The notes under the pieces were generated by a model, which did no database searches, was not told the DNA's origin, and was given only the letters and a program-made list of their open reading frames with translations. Below, piece by piece: positions 27,474-40,060 of a stretch of DNA of 64,000 nucleotides (within the stretch, counting starts at the first letter, position 1; every line of letters begins with the position of its first letter). The position numbers were made by a program, and so were the translations under genes. This stretch comes from Yuukianura sp. NJ FZ-2021 (Eukaryota). The DNA is taken from positions 5,890,001-5,954,000 of the forward strand of contig CM102283.1 in the NCBI GenBank assembly GCA_046563655.1, in the 5' to 3' direction.

Positions 27474-29322
27474 TTAAAATGTAATAATAAGAAAAATTGT
27501 ATTTTGAAGAATAATATCCCCGAAGAGGTGGAGAACGTAGTGTTTCGTTTGCAGCGCAAAGTGTGGTCCAACTTTTATAAAAAGAGGTCGTTTTGAATTC
27601 CAGAATTTTTGATTGTACTCTCCCCATTCCTGATTCGTTTGTTTTTTACTGCCAATTTTACAACAAGCCGAAGAGTTTGTGTACAATGACACAGATAGTT
27701 CAACACACGTTTTCAAAGCAAATACGATAGTAAGTGCTGCGCACAAATCGATAAGAACGACTAGGAAAACAGATCTGAATGGATATTTAATTAGTTTGAA
27801 CTGTCCGTATAAAAGCACAGTGAGGACAGTGGAACCTGTGTACATCGCGAATTCTACAATTCCTGAAAATACTTCATTGGTCCAAGCACAATAAACTTGC
27901 TCAATGTTGTATTGACGTTGAATTTGATTCACTGAACTCCAAGTAGTCGCTGCGTCTAGAACTTTACTGTAAAATCCAAAAAATAAAAATATATGTTTAA
28001 TGTTTTTTTTGTAATTTCATTTACAGTTTTTAAAAATTCATAACATTGCTATACCCTAGTTGATGCATGCCATGTCGACTGGAGTTTAGATACAGCAGAG
28101 CGCATTCTGTAAATAGATATACGGAGAACGCGGCAGCTAAAAACGAAAAGCACCCAACAACTGTATATGTTACGATGCCTGCGTGGTAAATAATGTACTG
28201 AAAAATATGAGTGCCTTCAAATTTTGGCTCAGCTCCCATAACTCTTGCATATACTTGGAACGGAAGTTGTGACAGGTCATTGTTTGTAAAGTAAAAGAAA
28301 ACCAGCGTTCCAGGGGTAACCAAGTAGCGATAGAGGGTGAACAACCAATTCATCAGTTTCAATCCGTCCTCAAGTTTGGCAACTTCTGAGTCATCCTTTG
28401 ATTCTGTAAATTAGGAAATGTTATGAACAAATTTCGTAGAGGTTGATTGAAAAAGATACCGCTCGTTTTATGGTAAAAAAAACTTTAAAGAACCACTGCA
28501 GTTCAATTTTGACACGTTCGAAAAATTAAGGTTAACGTTGTTAGGTTTTGAACCTCTTTTACGGGACAATTTGTTGCTTAAAAATTTTATCAACCATAAT
28601 TTCTTCTATTAAGAATTGAAAGCTAATTTATGCATTGACCTTTTCTGTCTGCCTGCCTGTCTGTCTGGCCGGACGTCTAGGTCAATTACCTATATATAAT
28701 CTATAGACAAACAACTTGTGACCCTAAGTGACCTCCTTCCCGGGCAAAGGTTTACTTTTTTCTTTTCTCTTTCACCTATGCCACAATGACTTACAATGGT
28801 GGCCCATCATGAGCAGCTATTCGCGATTGCGACGTCCTTTTTCGCTACTTTCATACACTCCGGGTTACAACGGCATATATTGATATTTAGAAATAATACC
28901 AAAGTTATGCATTTGTGAAAACGTTATATTATATATAATTATGGGTGTCTACCTGAACGTATATAAATTTTAAGGTATGCGGCCACGACACCAGGAATAT
29001 CATCAATGAAGCTCAAGTACCAAATTTGAGTTCCAATGAGCAGAACTTCAACTGCGATCATTGCTATGAATGTCATCATTAACTCTTGTTTCTCTTCATA
29101 TGGAATTCCAAATACAGCGCAAAGGAATATGATACTTAAGTTCACACTTATGCTCATCAAAACTGTAGCCCAAACAGTAAAACGTTTAATCTTAGGCCGC
29201 TTAGATTTTACAACGTCGTAACAAGATTTGGAATCTTTTCGGATATAAAAAGTATAACACTGCCAAAAGAATCCAGCGTTAAGTACACCGAGTGTATGGT
29301 CCAAATACCTGGAATTCGTCAT
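27474..29322 (-). CDS. 7TM chemoreceptor-like protein, copy 2 (3 exons)
   Basis: Clear paralog of copy 1 with the same exon structure. Confidence 0.7.
28585..28915. mobile_element. Possible DINE-1/Helentron-like insertion in intron 1 of receptor copy 2
   Basis: (CTGT/CTGC)n microsatellite at ~28645-28666 after a small hairpin; the intron is longer than in the paralogs; ends not defined. Confidence 0.3.
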
Positions 29323-29622
29323 TGTCCTGACAAATTGACAAATAATTCCCTACAGTTAAGAGATGTTTCTGTTTCTTTACAGTGCGGATATCTTCGTGCA
29401 CTTAACACGACTACAATTTTTTTGTGTTTCTAGCGACACGAAAGTCATAACATACTTTTTTAAGGTACTTAAATTTCCTTGCCTCTTCATTTAATTAGCT
29501 CTTCGCCGTCCGATTCCTTCTGAAATTTGTATGACAACTTAACAAAAGAAAACTTTAAAGCGAAGTTTTCTCCTTAGATATTAATGTACAGAAATCGCAA
29601 ACATAAAGAAGGTTGGGAATTT

Positions 29623-30315
29623 GATTCCCGGATCCTTATGGACGGACACGTATGGACCTATACACTTTATGGACGGACTCTTATGGACGTACCCTTATGG
29701 ACGTACCCTTATGGACGGACACTTATGGACATACCCTTATGGACGGACACTTATGGACACAGCCACTTATGGACACGTACCTTTATGGACACGTACCTTT
29801 ATGGACACGTACTCTTATGGACGGATACTAATGGCCCACAGAAAGTGGTCACCAAATTACAATTTTTGAAGGCTATAAAAACATTATTTCGAAAAAAAAA
29901 CCCATACCTAACCTAAAAAGAAAACCTCGACACTTAATCCCTATTGCGTACTTAAAAAATAACCTAACCTAACTTAATATAAACCCTCGAGACGTAATCA
30001 GCATTGCGAACGTTTAAAACCTAACACCGCGCCTTCGGCGCGGGAAACTATAAACACACTATAAACTATACGTTGTCCATAAGGCTACGTGTCCATAAGA
30101 GTACGTGTCCATAAAGGTACGTGTCCATAAGTGTCCGTGTCCATAAGTGGCTGTGTCCATAAGTGTCCGTCCATAAGAGTCCGTCCGTAAGGATACGTCC
30201 ATAAGTGTCCGTCCATAAAGGTACGTCCATAAGTGTCCGTCCATAAGGATACGTCCATAAGTGTCCGTCCATAAGGATACGTCCATAAGTTGCCGTCCAT
30301 AAGGATCCGGTCACG
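29623..30315. mobile_element. Non-autonomous foldback-type DNA transposon whose arms are inverted arrays of a 14-bp repeat
   Basis: CCGGATCCTTATGGAC.. / ..GTCCATAAGGATCCGG ends; (TTATGGACGGACAC)n left arm and its reverse complement as the right arm; 8-bp TSD GGGAATTT at 29615-29622 and 30316-30323. Confidence 0.85.
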
Positions 30316-31550
30316 GGGAATTTACTTCTTACTTATGTTAGCAGCATGGGACGTGTATGGTAAAATACAGACATGAAATGTTAAAGTTCCTCGGAAGCTA
30401 TTTTGCTTGGGCGGAATGTTTGACTTTTCTTTTTCCAAAATAGTAGTGTGTTACAACTTAACGTGGCTGTAATTGCATTTCTAATGTTTATTGATTTTTA
30501 CGAAACACAAATAATCAAGAACATCAAGAACTTCAGCAAGAACTTAACTAGCATCGAATTAACCTGGACTTAAGCAAACCTTAGTCTTCTTCTTTGCGAT
30601 GACTTTGATGAGGATTAAGGGTGTACGCGGAAGGAATGCTTTTCCATGCAGTAAAAATTAATTTTGTTCCATTACCGCCAATAGACAGACATAATGCACA
30701 CATACAAAGTTGATTTAAAAAGTTGCTCTCAGTACTTAAGAACCCCGTTTCTAATCCGGGCTGACGTAAGTTCAATTTGCGTTTTGTGATGTCTACTGAT
30801 TTTAAGGCAAATAAATAATTAGCAACATGTCTTTAATATAATTCTATCCTAATACCGTACTGATCTACTTTGCAGAAATGCGAAAATCTGGCCAAATTTT
30901 CTAGAAAACCGTAATATAGCCTAACCAAAACCAACTCAAATGCATGCGAACTTAAAGTATTTTTCCATTCATGCAAACGATGATGTCAGAATTTTTCCAG
31001 TGCGTGTTTTTTTGTGTTATTTTTGGTTTACGTTATCTATCGTTCCACAGCCTTATACTAACATAACTGCCAAAACTCTCCACTTTAATTTTATGCAAAA
31101 CATTTATAAACGGATCATTTGGAGACACTTAATAAAAATTTCAGTTTAATTTAACAAAAAACTGTTTCTGTTTACATTAACATTGCATAAACATACAGTA
31201 AAATTTACTATGTATACATATACATACTATTTGAGACTTGAGTTATTCCCTAACCTACCCCAGCTTGGAGTATTTTCTAACGTACTCATCCTAATCTTTA
31301 CTACACCGCAAAACTAATATCTGTTAATCCCCTCCACAGTTTTAGTAATTGCCGCGTCGTCTGGTTGTTGATTAGTTTCATTAAGTGCGTCATTGCTCAC
31401 AAATGTGGTTGCAAAAGAAGCGTTAAGATTTCAGTTCACAGCCAAAATAACATCAAACTCTTACGTAAGACAATAAAATTCTTTAGGTTCATAAATTAAA
31501 TTTTTATGAAAATTTTATTTTAGTTTGATTTTTTTTAAAGTAGAATTACA

Positions 31551-32018
31551 ATGACCATGCGTCCTCAAATTGTGATTCGGAGTCCGATAAGTGCCAAGGA
31601 GTGGAACGATTATTTCTCACTTCGCTACGAAGTGTTGAGGCGCCCTCTAGGTCTTCCTGAAGGCAGTGAAAGACGTGATGACGAGCACAAGGCATTCCAC
31701 TTTGCAGCGTTTAGGGAAGAAGTCAATGAGATCATTGGAGTTGTACGGGTGAGTTTTATGGAAGAAGCGGAAAATCCGAATGAGACAATGCGCCTGCGCA
31801 TGGTGGCTGTCAAGCCTTGCGTCCAAGGAAATGGAGTTGGGAGGAAGTTGCTTCAGTTTGTGGAACAATTTGCAAGAAACCATGGAGTTACCAAAATGTA
31901 CGTCGATTCTCGTGACACTGCCGTAACATTTTATGAAGCCAATGGCTACACACTGCTCAGAAAGGTTTACGTCCTTTATGGCAAACTACAATACTACGCA
32001 ATGGAAAAGTTACTGTAA
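31551..32018 (+). CDS. GNAT-family N-acetyltransferase, bacterial YiiD/ElaA-like, intronless CDS
   Basis: YFSLRYEVLRRPLG..D....H, LRMVAV...QGNGVGRKLL (acetyl-CoA motif A), AVTFYEANGY. Confidence 0.88.
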   Translation: MTMRPQIVIRSPISAKEWNDYFSLRYEVLRRPLGLPEGSERRDDEHKAFHFAAFREEVNEIIGVVRVSFMEEAENPNETMRLRMVAVKPCVQGNGVGRKLLQFVEQFARNHGVTKMYVDSRDTAVTFYEANGYTLLRKVYVLYGKLQYYAMEKLL

Positions 32019-32463
32019 CTACTACTTCAAGTCAGCTTTAGCCAACATACTTTACTTCTTATTATTTTTAGTCATAATCAACTTTTGTTTCTACAACTTT
32101 ATTGGTTAAAGTAAATATAACATTTAAATATGTTGTTGTTCACTTTTTTGTTTTTTAGATTAGATTTCTTTTAGAATTATTATAGCCACAATTATCAAAT
32201 CTGTCACCCAGGAAACGCTTAATGTTACAATTATGTTTCAAAGTGTGACGTTTATTTACTTAATTCCATTTAAGAAATTACTAACCAATGAAAGTTGAAA
32301 GTTGAACATGCTTTGGATGTGAATTCAAACTTGGCTCAAAAAATGGCTTCAAAAATTGCTGGAATCTTTCCGAAAATGTAACCGATTTAATAAAAACTCA
32401 TAAACCATTAAATACAAATTTTACTTTTCGTTTTTTCACTCTGTTAGATTTGGACGTTTCAAA

Positions 32464-34118
32464 ATGGACACTGATACCATTCACCAAGCGAATATCCACA
32501 ATCTACCTCCAGAAGTAACTCAAAAATTTATAGTTAAACTACAATCAACACGGCTAACTTTAACTGTAAATTATTACATTTCCAGCTTCTGAACATGATC
32601 TTTGAGCACTCAGATGCTACTGCCCTTGCCAAAAACAGAAATGTTTGTGCCTACTGGCGCAATATCATCGAATCTCTGTTTACCACACAATTGGAAATGA
32701 CAAATCAAAACTGGGAAGCATTCGTGAAGTTGTCCACAGCATCCTGCATTCATCTCAAACTGACTGCCGTCCAGTTCCCAATATACACTGCTCCAGAATT
32801 CGCCGACTTCCTGTCTCGCGTCAACATTCTGGAATTGTCTGGATACATTCCAGAGTACAACGTCATCAACATTCTCAAAGCATGTCGCAAAATCCAGTCA
32901 CTCACTGTTCATCGTGTGTCAATCGACAGCAATCAAGATCTTCAAAATATCTTCATTGAAGACGATGATGACTATGTATTTGATTTGACGAAATTAAACG
33001 TCGGACTGCCAGTCAATGAGAATGATGACATGCTTGACGTGATTTACTATGCCGCGTATCTCCTCAAATTCAACTGCTTGAAGGAATTGAACCTCAGTGC
33101 GATGTTCCAATTGGAAAATGTTTTGCAACTGATTTTCGCGGGAATTTTTGAACCACTACCAGAAGAAAGCACAAATGACGTCTTCAAAATGATTTGGGAC
33201 TACCAAAATCAATCCCTCGGGCTCATTAACTTTGATTTTCAAAATGCCAATGTTCTGCGCAGGAAGCGACAAATGTTCATCAAATTCCACCCGTACGAAG
33301 ACGCACCAGAATCTCCGACGAGAGATTCGACCAATCAGAGCCCTCAAATCCTGGAATCATGTTTATTCCAACTTGAAGACTATGAAAGGAACCGTCAATG
33401 TACAGAAATGATGTTGCAAATTTTCGAAACGCAGAAGAAGATGAAGAATATGGTAATATGCTACAGGAATGACGAAGATTTGGAGCGAATTGAAAATATC
33501 ATCGAAACCAATTGTGCAACATTAGAGGAAATTGTGATCGAATCCCTTGAGCCAACGGAACAACATTTTCGTCTTTTGAGCTGCTCATGTTTTCGAACCT
33601 GTTTGACCTTAAAAGAACTAACACTTTGTTCACCAAATGAAAATCGGAAGGTCAAATTGCTTGACTTCTTGCTTCTTCCGACTTCTTTGGAAAAGTTGTC
33701 TCTCACTGGATTTATTCCAACTGGATCGTGGGAACTATTCGGCGGAGTCACCGAACTGCCGCAGTATCAGAACATGACTGAAGTGGAATTGGACGCCTTC
33801 CCTTGGTTCATTGTCGATGGAATTCCTCAAACAATTTTTGCAAACTTTCACTTCCGTTGGCTCATGAACTTGTTTCCAAAAATTGAAAAGCTGACTCTCA
33901 CTGGAATTCCAGTTGACATGCGGCCTTGGGCCACACGTCTTGGTGTGCCGAATATCCCGGAATCTGTTTCTCCTGAATTTGTGACGTGGTGTCGCCAGGG
34001 TGGAGGACACAACGTCAGAATCGATTCAATTCAAGTTTCTCGCCACGACTTCGTCCATCCACACGTACGTAACCGCGTCACGGTGCACGAAATTTTGATT
34101 CGGAAAAATCAAAGTTAA
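32464..34118 (+). CDS. F-box/LRR-like protein, copy 2 (exons 32464-32514, 32586-34118)
   Basis: Paralog of 22744-24416 with the same intron; NLPPELLNMIF..VCAYWR. Confidence 0.8.
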
Positions 34119-34470
34119 ATGTCCATTTGCTCAAGGCGTCAAAACTTTTCTCCAATCGTGAAACCTCAAAAGAAATTCTCGAATTCTTTATTTATTTTCC
34201 AAATACTATTGATAAAAAAAATTGTAATAAAAAAAACACAACCCGGAAACCAACGCCAGTAGTTTAATAAACAGAATTTAGTAAATTAGATTAGAATTGA
34301 GAAAAAAACAAAATTGATAAAAGAAATTTAAATTTAAAAAACAACAAAGTTACTAGTTAGTAGAACGAGTGCTTGTTTGTAGGTTATTGTTGAAGAAAGC
34401 AAATCAAAATTTTCCAACTGGATTTTAAAGATTACAGCACAATATTAGCAGTATTTCATTTCTCTGAGTT

Positions 34471-34750
34471 TTAAACTGACAAGTTTTCCCTAAATTCAGT
34501 AATCGTAGAAAACTTGAAAACATGCGCAGCATCAACAGCCATTCCAATCTCAGCATTTACTCGTTTCACCAATCGCATAGCCAACAAACTATTCCCGCCA
34601 GTATCAAAAAAAGTCAGCGTCCATTTCATACTCTGCAGTTCAAATTCAAAATGGGGTCAATTGATTCCCTATCGGGGTCATCTGTGGATGACTTTGACGT
34701 GACCTTGAGTAGTGCTTGGTGGAGTCCATTTCGGTCAATTTTTTCATTCA
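34471..34750 (-). pseudogene. Truncated NRPS thiolation-domain remnant with internal deletion
   Basis: Close match to 46888-47210 (..TGGNSLLAMRLV..FRENLSV*), lacking the IWKEILNLE segment. Confidence 0.85.
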
Positions 34751-35782
34751 AATAAACGCCCGGGCGTTTATATTAGAAGTTTTACGGTATGTATTATAGT
34801 TTACCTTGGGTGGTGCTTTCTTTAAAAAACTTTCTGCCGTTTATTCGTTAGTGCATAAAAAGTTTTAAATTAAATTCTATTTTCCTAACGTTTCAATTTT
34901 TTAAAAAATGCTGTAAAGTCATAAAACAAAAAAGTCCACTAGTAACTAGTTTTGGTAGAATTGTGAAATAGCTTTCATAAAACTGTGTAAAGAAACTTAT
35001 AGGTTTTCAGTTCGCGTTTTCTAAAAGTATGGTAAACAAAAAATATTAAATAGAAAAACTTTAATGGAACTTTTTTTAATTAGCAAAACCTCCAGATTTT
35101 ATCCTGCAAATCCACCAACTAAAAGTTAATAAAATTAACAATTTGCGAAATTGGAACCTTAGTCAAAACGTAAGAATGAGAAATATGGTATTTTGAAAAA
35201 TAATGTCTCCGTAGAGATGGAGGACGTAGTGTTTCATCTTCAGCGTAAAGTGAGGTCCAACTTTTCGGTAGTTTTGAGTTCCAGAATTTTCGATTGTACT
35301 TTCCCCAGTCCTGATCCGTTTGTTTTTTACTGCCAATTTCACAGCAAGCCGAAGAGTTTGAGTACAATGACACAGATAGTTCAACACACATTTTCAACGC
35401 AAATGAAATCGACAAGGTAAAGCATGTGTTGAACAAAATCACTAGACAACGGATTCAAAGGGATATTTAATTAGTTTGAACAGTGCGTATTGAAGCATAG
35501 TAAGCACAACGGAACTTGAATAAAGGCAGAATTCTACTATTCCGGAAAATATATCATTGGCCCAAGCACAGTACACTTGCTCAATGTTGTATCTACGCTG
35601 GATTGATTCACTGACTTCCAAGTAGTCGCTTTGTCCAGCATTATACTGCGCCATAAAGATGGATTTTGGAAGTTTCGGCAATTTAAATTTTAAGTTCACG
35701 TAAATATTCAAAATTTGGAATATTTCTAGTTACCTTAGTTGACGCATCCCAATTCGACTGGAGTTTACATACAGTAGAGAAC

Positions 35783-36018
35783 TGTTGTGTCTTAGATAAC
35801 TTTTATTTAAGACTAAACTGGTGGATCGTCTGTGTCCCATCTCAGTGGGCCACAGGTATTTATACCAACTCGAAGTGGGACAAGATGAGTCGAGTTGGCA
35901 TGAGAAACCAGGGCGGCTAAGGCTTGCCAATTCTAAGAATACTTATTCTAGAACAAATCCTAGAACAAGGTTATCTGGGTCAATTCCTAATATGGTGATT
36001 GTAATTAGATACATTACA
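35783..36018 (-). repeat. 3' LTR (236 bp)
   Basis: Identical to 40293-40528 except one base (35871 C vs 40381 A). Confidence 0.97.
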
Positions 36019-36073
36019 CTACTTTCCCCTTTTGGGCTGAAAATACTACAACTTTAAAGTGAACATGAAAATG

Positions 36074-39000
36074 TTAAACTTTATAAGTTCCTGGGGGTGG
36101 GCGAATCCTCTTGGGATATCTTGGTTCCACTGGATCTGGTGGCGTAGCCTCGTCCTCAGCATCCAGTATTTCCACCGGGTCATCTCTCGTCTGTGCGTCT
36201 GCTACTGGGTCATCGGCGGTTTGAAGTGGTGTTGTGGGTGCATCTAGAATCTGGTCAAGGTGTCGCTTCATCTGTTCTCCATCAACATCCAGGATGAAGG
36301 TTACTGGTCCAACTTGTTTTGAAACAGTTCCAGAAGACCACTTCGGAGCATTTTTCGAAAATGTTTTGACCCACACCTTTTGTCCAACTTTGATTTCTCG
36401 AGTTCTCGTTCTCTTGTCATAATTTTCCTTTTGCTGGAATTGTGACTTTCCAACATGAGTTCGGACATCAGGGCGTACAAGGTCAAGAAGTGTCCTGAAT
36501 TTCCTTCCTTGTAAAAGTTCGGCTGGAGACAGTCCAGTAGTGGCATGAGGAGTGACTCGGTATGTAAAGAGAAAGCGTTGGAGAGCGAGAGTTTTGTCTC
36601 CTCCGGAAGCTTTCATTGCCTTTTTGAAAGTTTGAATAAACCTTTCAGCTTCTCCATTTGACCTCGGATGGTAAACAGAGCTTGTTGAGTGACGGATTCC
36701 GTTTGAATCGCAAAACGACTTGAATTCTTGTGATGTAAACTGTGAGCCATTGTCGCTAACAATTTGTTCCACAAGACCAAAACGGCAAATTGTTTCTCGA
36801 ATTTTTGAAATTACAATTGAACTAGTCGAATTGTTGTTTAAATCAAAAACTTCTGGCCATTTAGAATGAGCATCCGTTATGATTAGCCACATTCTATTTA
36901 AAAACGGACCAGCCAGGTCAATGTGAATCCGTTGCCATGGACGTTCCGGAAACTCCCATGGGTGCAGCGGGGCGCTTGGCGGGCTGTTTCGATTTTGAAC
37001 ACATTGTTCACAGCTTCTTGAAATTCCTTCAATTTCAGCATCTATTCCTGGCCACCACACGTATTGACGTGCAAGGGATTTCATTCTCACCATTCCAGTG
37101 TGAGTATAATGTAATTCATCCAAAATTTTCTTTTGAAATGAGGATGGGATGACAACTCGTATTCCCCACATTATTAGTCCATGAACTAATGTCAGTTCTT
37201 CCCTTCTGAGAAAGTAGGGGTAGAGTGGATCCGTCTTTCCCATAGTCGTTGGCCAACCGCCAATGATGTGACGGTAGACTGCTGAGAGAGTAGCGTCTCG
37301 ACTACTGACCCTCTCAATTGCTTTGGCAGTGACTGGCAGTACCTCCAGTGTTGAGCAGGCAACAAGGTTAACTTCAAAATCTATTTCTGGTGTCACTCCC
37401 TTGTCATCATTTGGCATAGGATGGCGGGAGAGAGCATCTGCATTTCCATGATCTGATGTTCTTCTGTACTGAATAGTGTAGTTGAATTGACTGAGATATA
37501 AACTCCATTTTTGAAGTCGGGTTGCAGCATAGGATGGCACTTGCGCAGTACGGCCTAATATTGACAGCAGCGGCTGATGATCAGTGATGACTGTGAACTC
37601 CCGTCCACAAAGATACTGAAAAAATTTCTTTACTCCAAAAATAATTCCAAGAGCTTCTTTTTCAATTTGTGAATACTTTCGTTCTGCTGGTGAAAGAACC
37701 TTGGAGGCGAAAGCGATTGGTCTTTCAGTGTTGTCTGGAAACCGATGAAATAAAACTACTCCAAGTCCATTTTGAGATGCGTCGCAGCTAATCCCAATTG
37801 GAGAAAGTGGAGAGTAGTGACACAGAACAGGGGCTGAAGAAAGTGCTTTCTTGATTTCCTCAAAGGAAAGTTGGCATTTGTTTGTCCATTTAAATTCTGC
37901 ATCTTTTCTTGTAAGTGCATAGAGATCAACACACTTATCAGCCAACTTGGGGATGAACTTCCCATAAAAATTCACAAGTCCAAGAAATGACTTAACTTCC
38001 GTAACAGTTTGAGGTTGCTGAATTGCTTTAACTGCTTTTACTTTCAGCGGCGATGTCATGATTCCATTCTTTGTAATAATGAACCCTAAATAGTCCAGTG
38101 ACTTTTGTAGAAATAAGCATTTCGTTTTTGAAAGTCGATAATTGAATTCACGCATGCGCTGAAATATTTTCTGTAAAGTAGAAAGATGATCCTGGTCAGT
38201 GACTCCAGTGCAGATGGAATCATCCATGAACGATCCGGACATCGGAATATTCTTCAGGAGTTTATCCATAAATTCCTGGAAAATAGCAGGAGACGATGCG
38301 ATTCCTTGCGGGAGAACTCTGTACCTATAGAGTCCACGATGAGTATTTATTACCATAAATGACTTACTCATGTCATCTAGCTCAATTTGGTGAAAGGCGT
38401 CTGGCCCATCCAGCCGAGAAAAAGTATTTCCTCCTGAAATCATTGACATCAGTTCGTCCACTCTCTGTAGTGGGTACTGAGTAATGTTGAGCTGAGAGTT
38501 GACAGTATGTTTGAAATCTCCTGTTATTCTTACTCTTCCATTTGCTTTTGGAACAACCACGAGGGGTGAAGCCCATTCAGAATGCTCGATTCGTTGAATG
38601 ACTCCGTTTTGTTCCATAACATCAAGTTCAGCGTCGACCTTGGCACGGAGAGCAAATGGTATTGGACGAGCCTTCAAAAATTTTGGCACAGCGTCGTCTT
38701 TTAAAATAACTTTGGCTTTGAATCCTTTGATCCAACCTTGAGGCGGAGAGAACACATCTTTGTACTGCTCTAGGAGCGTTTCTAAATTTAGCTTCTGTGG
38801 AGCAGCAAGCTGATAGCATTTAGAGTCCAGTGACAGCTTCAGTCCGAACAGATTAACTAAATCTCGGCCAAATAACGATTTGTTTCCTTTTGTAACTGAA
38901 AAGGAATATTGCTTGGATTGACCTTTGTACGTAAGGGTCACATCCACCTTTCCCAAGGGGCGAAAGGGTTGATCGGTGAAAGTTCTAAAAACATCAGAAC

Positions 39001-40060
39001 TGGTGTGGAGAGCAGGAGCTCCTAAATCCTTTCTCCAGAATTCTTCAGAGAGAAGACTCCTCTCACATCCACTGTCAAATTCCAAAGAGTGAGTAATTCC
39101 GTTAATTAACAATTGGATTTTGTATTCGGCCAATTTCCCAGCTCCAGTATAAATAGAATTGACATTAGCAGAAATCGAATCATCTTCTTCGACTGCTACG
39201 GTATGTGTGGATTTCTTTGTACTTCTGCAGCATTTTTTAAAATGACCTTTTTTTCCACACGCAAAACAAAGGACCTCTTTGTGTGGACAGTCCTTGGCTG
39301 TTTTGTGTGACGTAGAACCACAATTTGGGCAGGACGATCCTGATTGGTTGCGGGGCTGCTGACTCCTCCCTTGATTCTTTTGGCCCCTCCCACTTTGCGA
39401 GTTAACGTTAGTTTTAGGTGCGGGACCTGACTTACGGTTGAACTGCGTGAAGGGTCGTTGAAAAGTACGAGAGGTAGAAGCGTAGTTCACTCCAGAGCTA
39501 CTAGAACCGTTTGTCCTGAGGGTAGCGGTTCCAGCTTCAGCGACTTCTTGAGAGACTGCAATTTTTAAAGCATCTTCCAGGGATAGAGTATCTTCCAGAA
39601 TGAAGATTCTACGCTGGGCAGCTTCATTGGATAAACCAAAAATAAATTGATCTCGAAGTCGTTCGGATAAAGCGTTTTCAAATTTGCAAAACATGGCTAG
39701 TTTTCGTAATTCAGCCAAAAAATTTGCGCAGCTTTCTCCGGGCTGTTGTTTCCGGGCAGAAAATTTGAATCTCTCGGAAATAGCTTTGGGTGGTGGTTTG
39801 AAGTGAGCCTTTAGCACCTTGATTAGATCTTCTAATTTTTTCTCTAATGGCGGAGTTGGTGAAACCAAATTACTTAAGAGTGTGTACGTACCGATTCCAA
39901 TTTGAGACAGAAATGTGCCGACGCAGCGTTTCTGGTCCAATATAACTTGACTTTGGGCATCCAGTCCATTCGCTAGTAAATAGGATTTAAAGACGTTTAC
40001 CCAGTCGTCGAAGTCGTCTTTTGAAGAGTCGAAGGCAGGAAGCGTTCCGATTGTAGTCAT
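36074..40060 (-). CDS. Single-ORF Gag-Pol polyprotein (Gag with two CCHC knuckles, protease, RT, RNase H, integrase)
   Basis: CPNCGSTSH..C and CFACGKKGH....C; FDSG protease; LPQG..FMDD RT; CDAS..YSQIEKEAL..TDHQPL RNase H; HHCC plus IHIDLAGP..SDNGSQF..NGEAER integrase; first ATG at 40060. Confidence 0.95.
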   Translation of the reverse strand: MTTIGTLPAFDSSKDDFDDWVNVFKSYLLANGLDAQSQVILDQKRCVGTFLSQIGIGTYTLLSNLVSPTPPLEKKLEDLIKVLKAHFKPPPKAISERFKFSARKQQPGESCANFLAELRKLAMFCKFENALSERLRDQFIFGLSNEAAQRRIFILEDTLSLEDALKIAVSQEVAEAGTATLRTNGSSSSGVNYASTSRTFQRPFTQFNRKSGPAPKTNVNSQSGRGQKNQGRSQQPRNQSGSSCPNCGSTSHKTAKDCPHKEVLCFACGKKGHFKKCCRSTKKSTHTVAVEEDDSISANVNSIYTGAGKLAEYKIQLLINGITHSLEFDSGCERSLLSEEFWRKDLGAPALHTSSDVFRTFTDQPFRPLGKVDVTLTYKGQSKQYSFSVTKGNKSLFGRDLVNLFGLKLSLDSKCYQLAAPQKLNLETLLEQYKDVFSPPQGWIKGFKAKVILKDDAVPKFLKARPIPFALRAKVDAELDVMEQNGVIQRIEHSEWASPLVVVPKANGRVRITGDFKHTVNSQLNITQYPLQRVDELMSMISGGNTFSRLDGPDAFHQIELDDMSKSFMVINTHRGLYRYRVLPQGIASSPAIFQEFMDKLLKNIPMSGSFMDDSICTGVTDQDHLSTLQKIFQRMREFNYRLSKTKCLFLQKSLDYLGFIITKNGIMTSPLKVKAVKAIQQPQTVTEVKSFLGLVNFYGKFIPKLADKCVDLYALTRKDAEFKWTNKCQLSFEEIKKALSSAPVLCHYSPLSPIGISCDASQNGLGVVLFHRFPDNTERPIAFASKVLSPAERKYSQIEKEALGIIFGVKKFFQYLCGREFTVITDHQPLLSILGRTAQVPSYAATRLQKWSLYLSQFNYTIQYRRTSDHGNADALSRHPMPNDDKGVTPEIDFEVNLVACSTLEVLPVTAKAIERVSSRDATLSAVYRHIIGGWPTTMGKTDPLYPYFLRREELTLVHGLIMWGIRVVIPSSFQKKILDELHYTHTGMVRMKSLARQYVWWPGIDAEIEGISRSCEQCVQNRNSPPSAPLHPWEFPERPWQRIHIDLAGPFLNRMWLIITDAHSKWPEVFDLNNNSTSSIVISKIRETICRFGLVEQIVSDNGSQFTSQEFKSFCDSNGIRHSTSSVYHPRSNGEAERFIQTFKKAMKASGGDKTLALQRFLFTYRVTPHATTGLSPAELLQGRKFRTLLDLVRPDVRTHVGKSQFQQKENYDKRTRTREIKVGQKVWVKTFSKNAPKWSSGTVSKQVGPVTFILDVDGEQMKRHLDQILDAPTTPLQTADDPVADAQTRDDPVEILDAEDEATPPDPVEPRYPKRIRPPPGTYKV

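Noticed and set aside
29584-30314. Repetitive ORFs (LWT.TYG/LMD) and a CRISPR-like appearance
   Set aside because: These are translations of a 14-bp tandem repeat with no unique spacers, forming inverted transposon arms with a TSD
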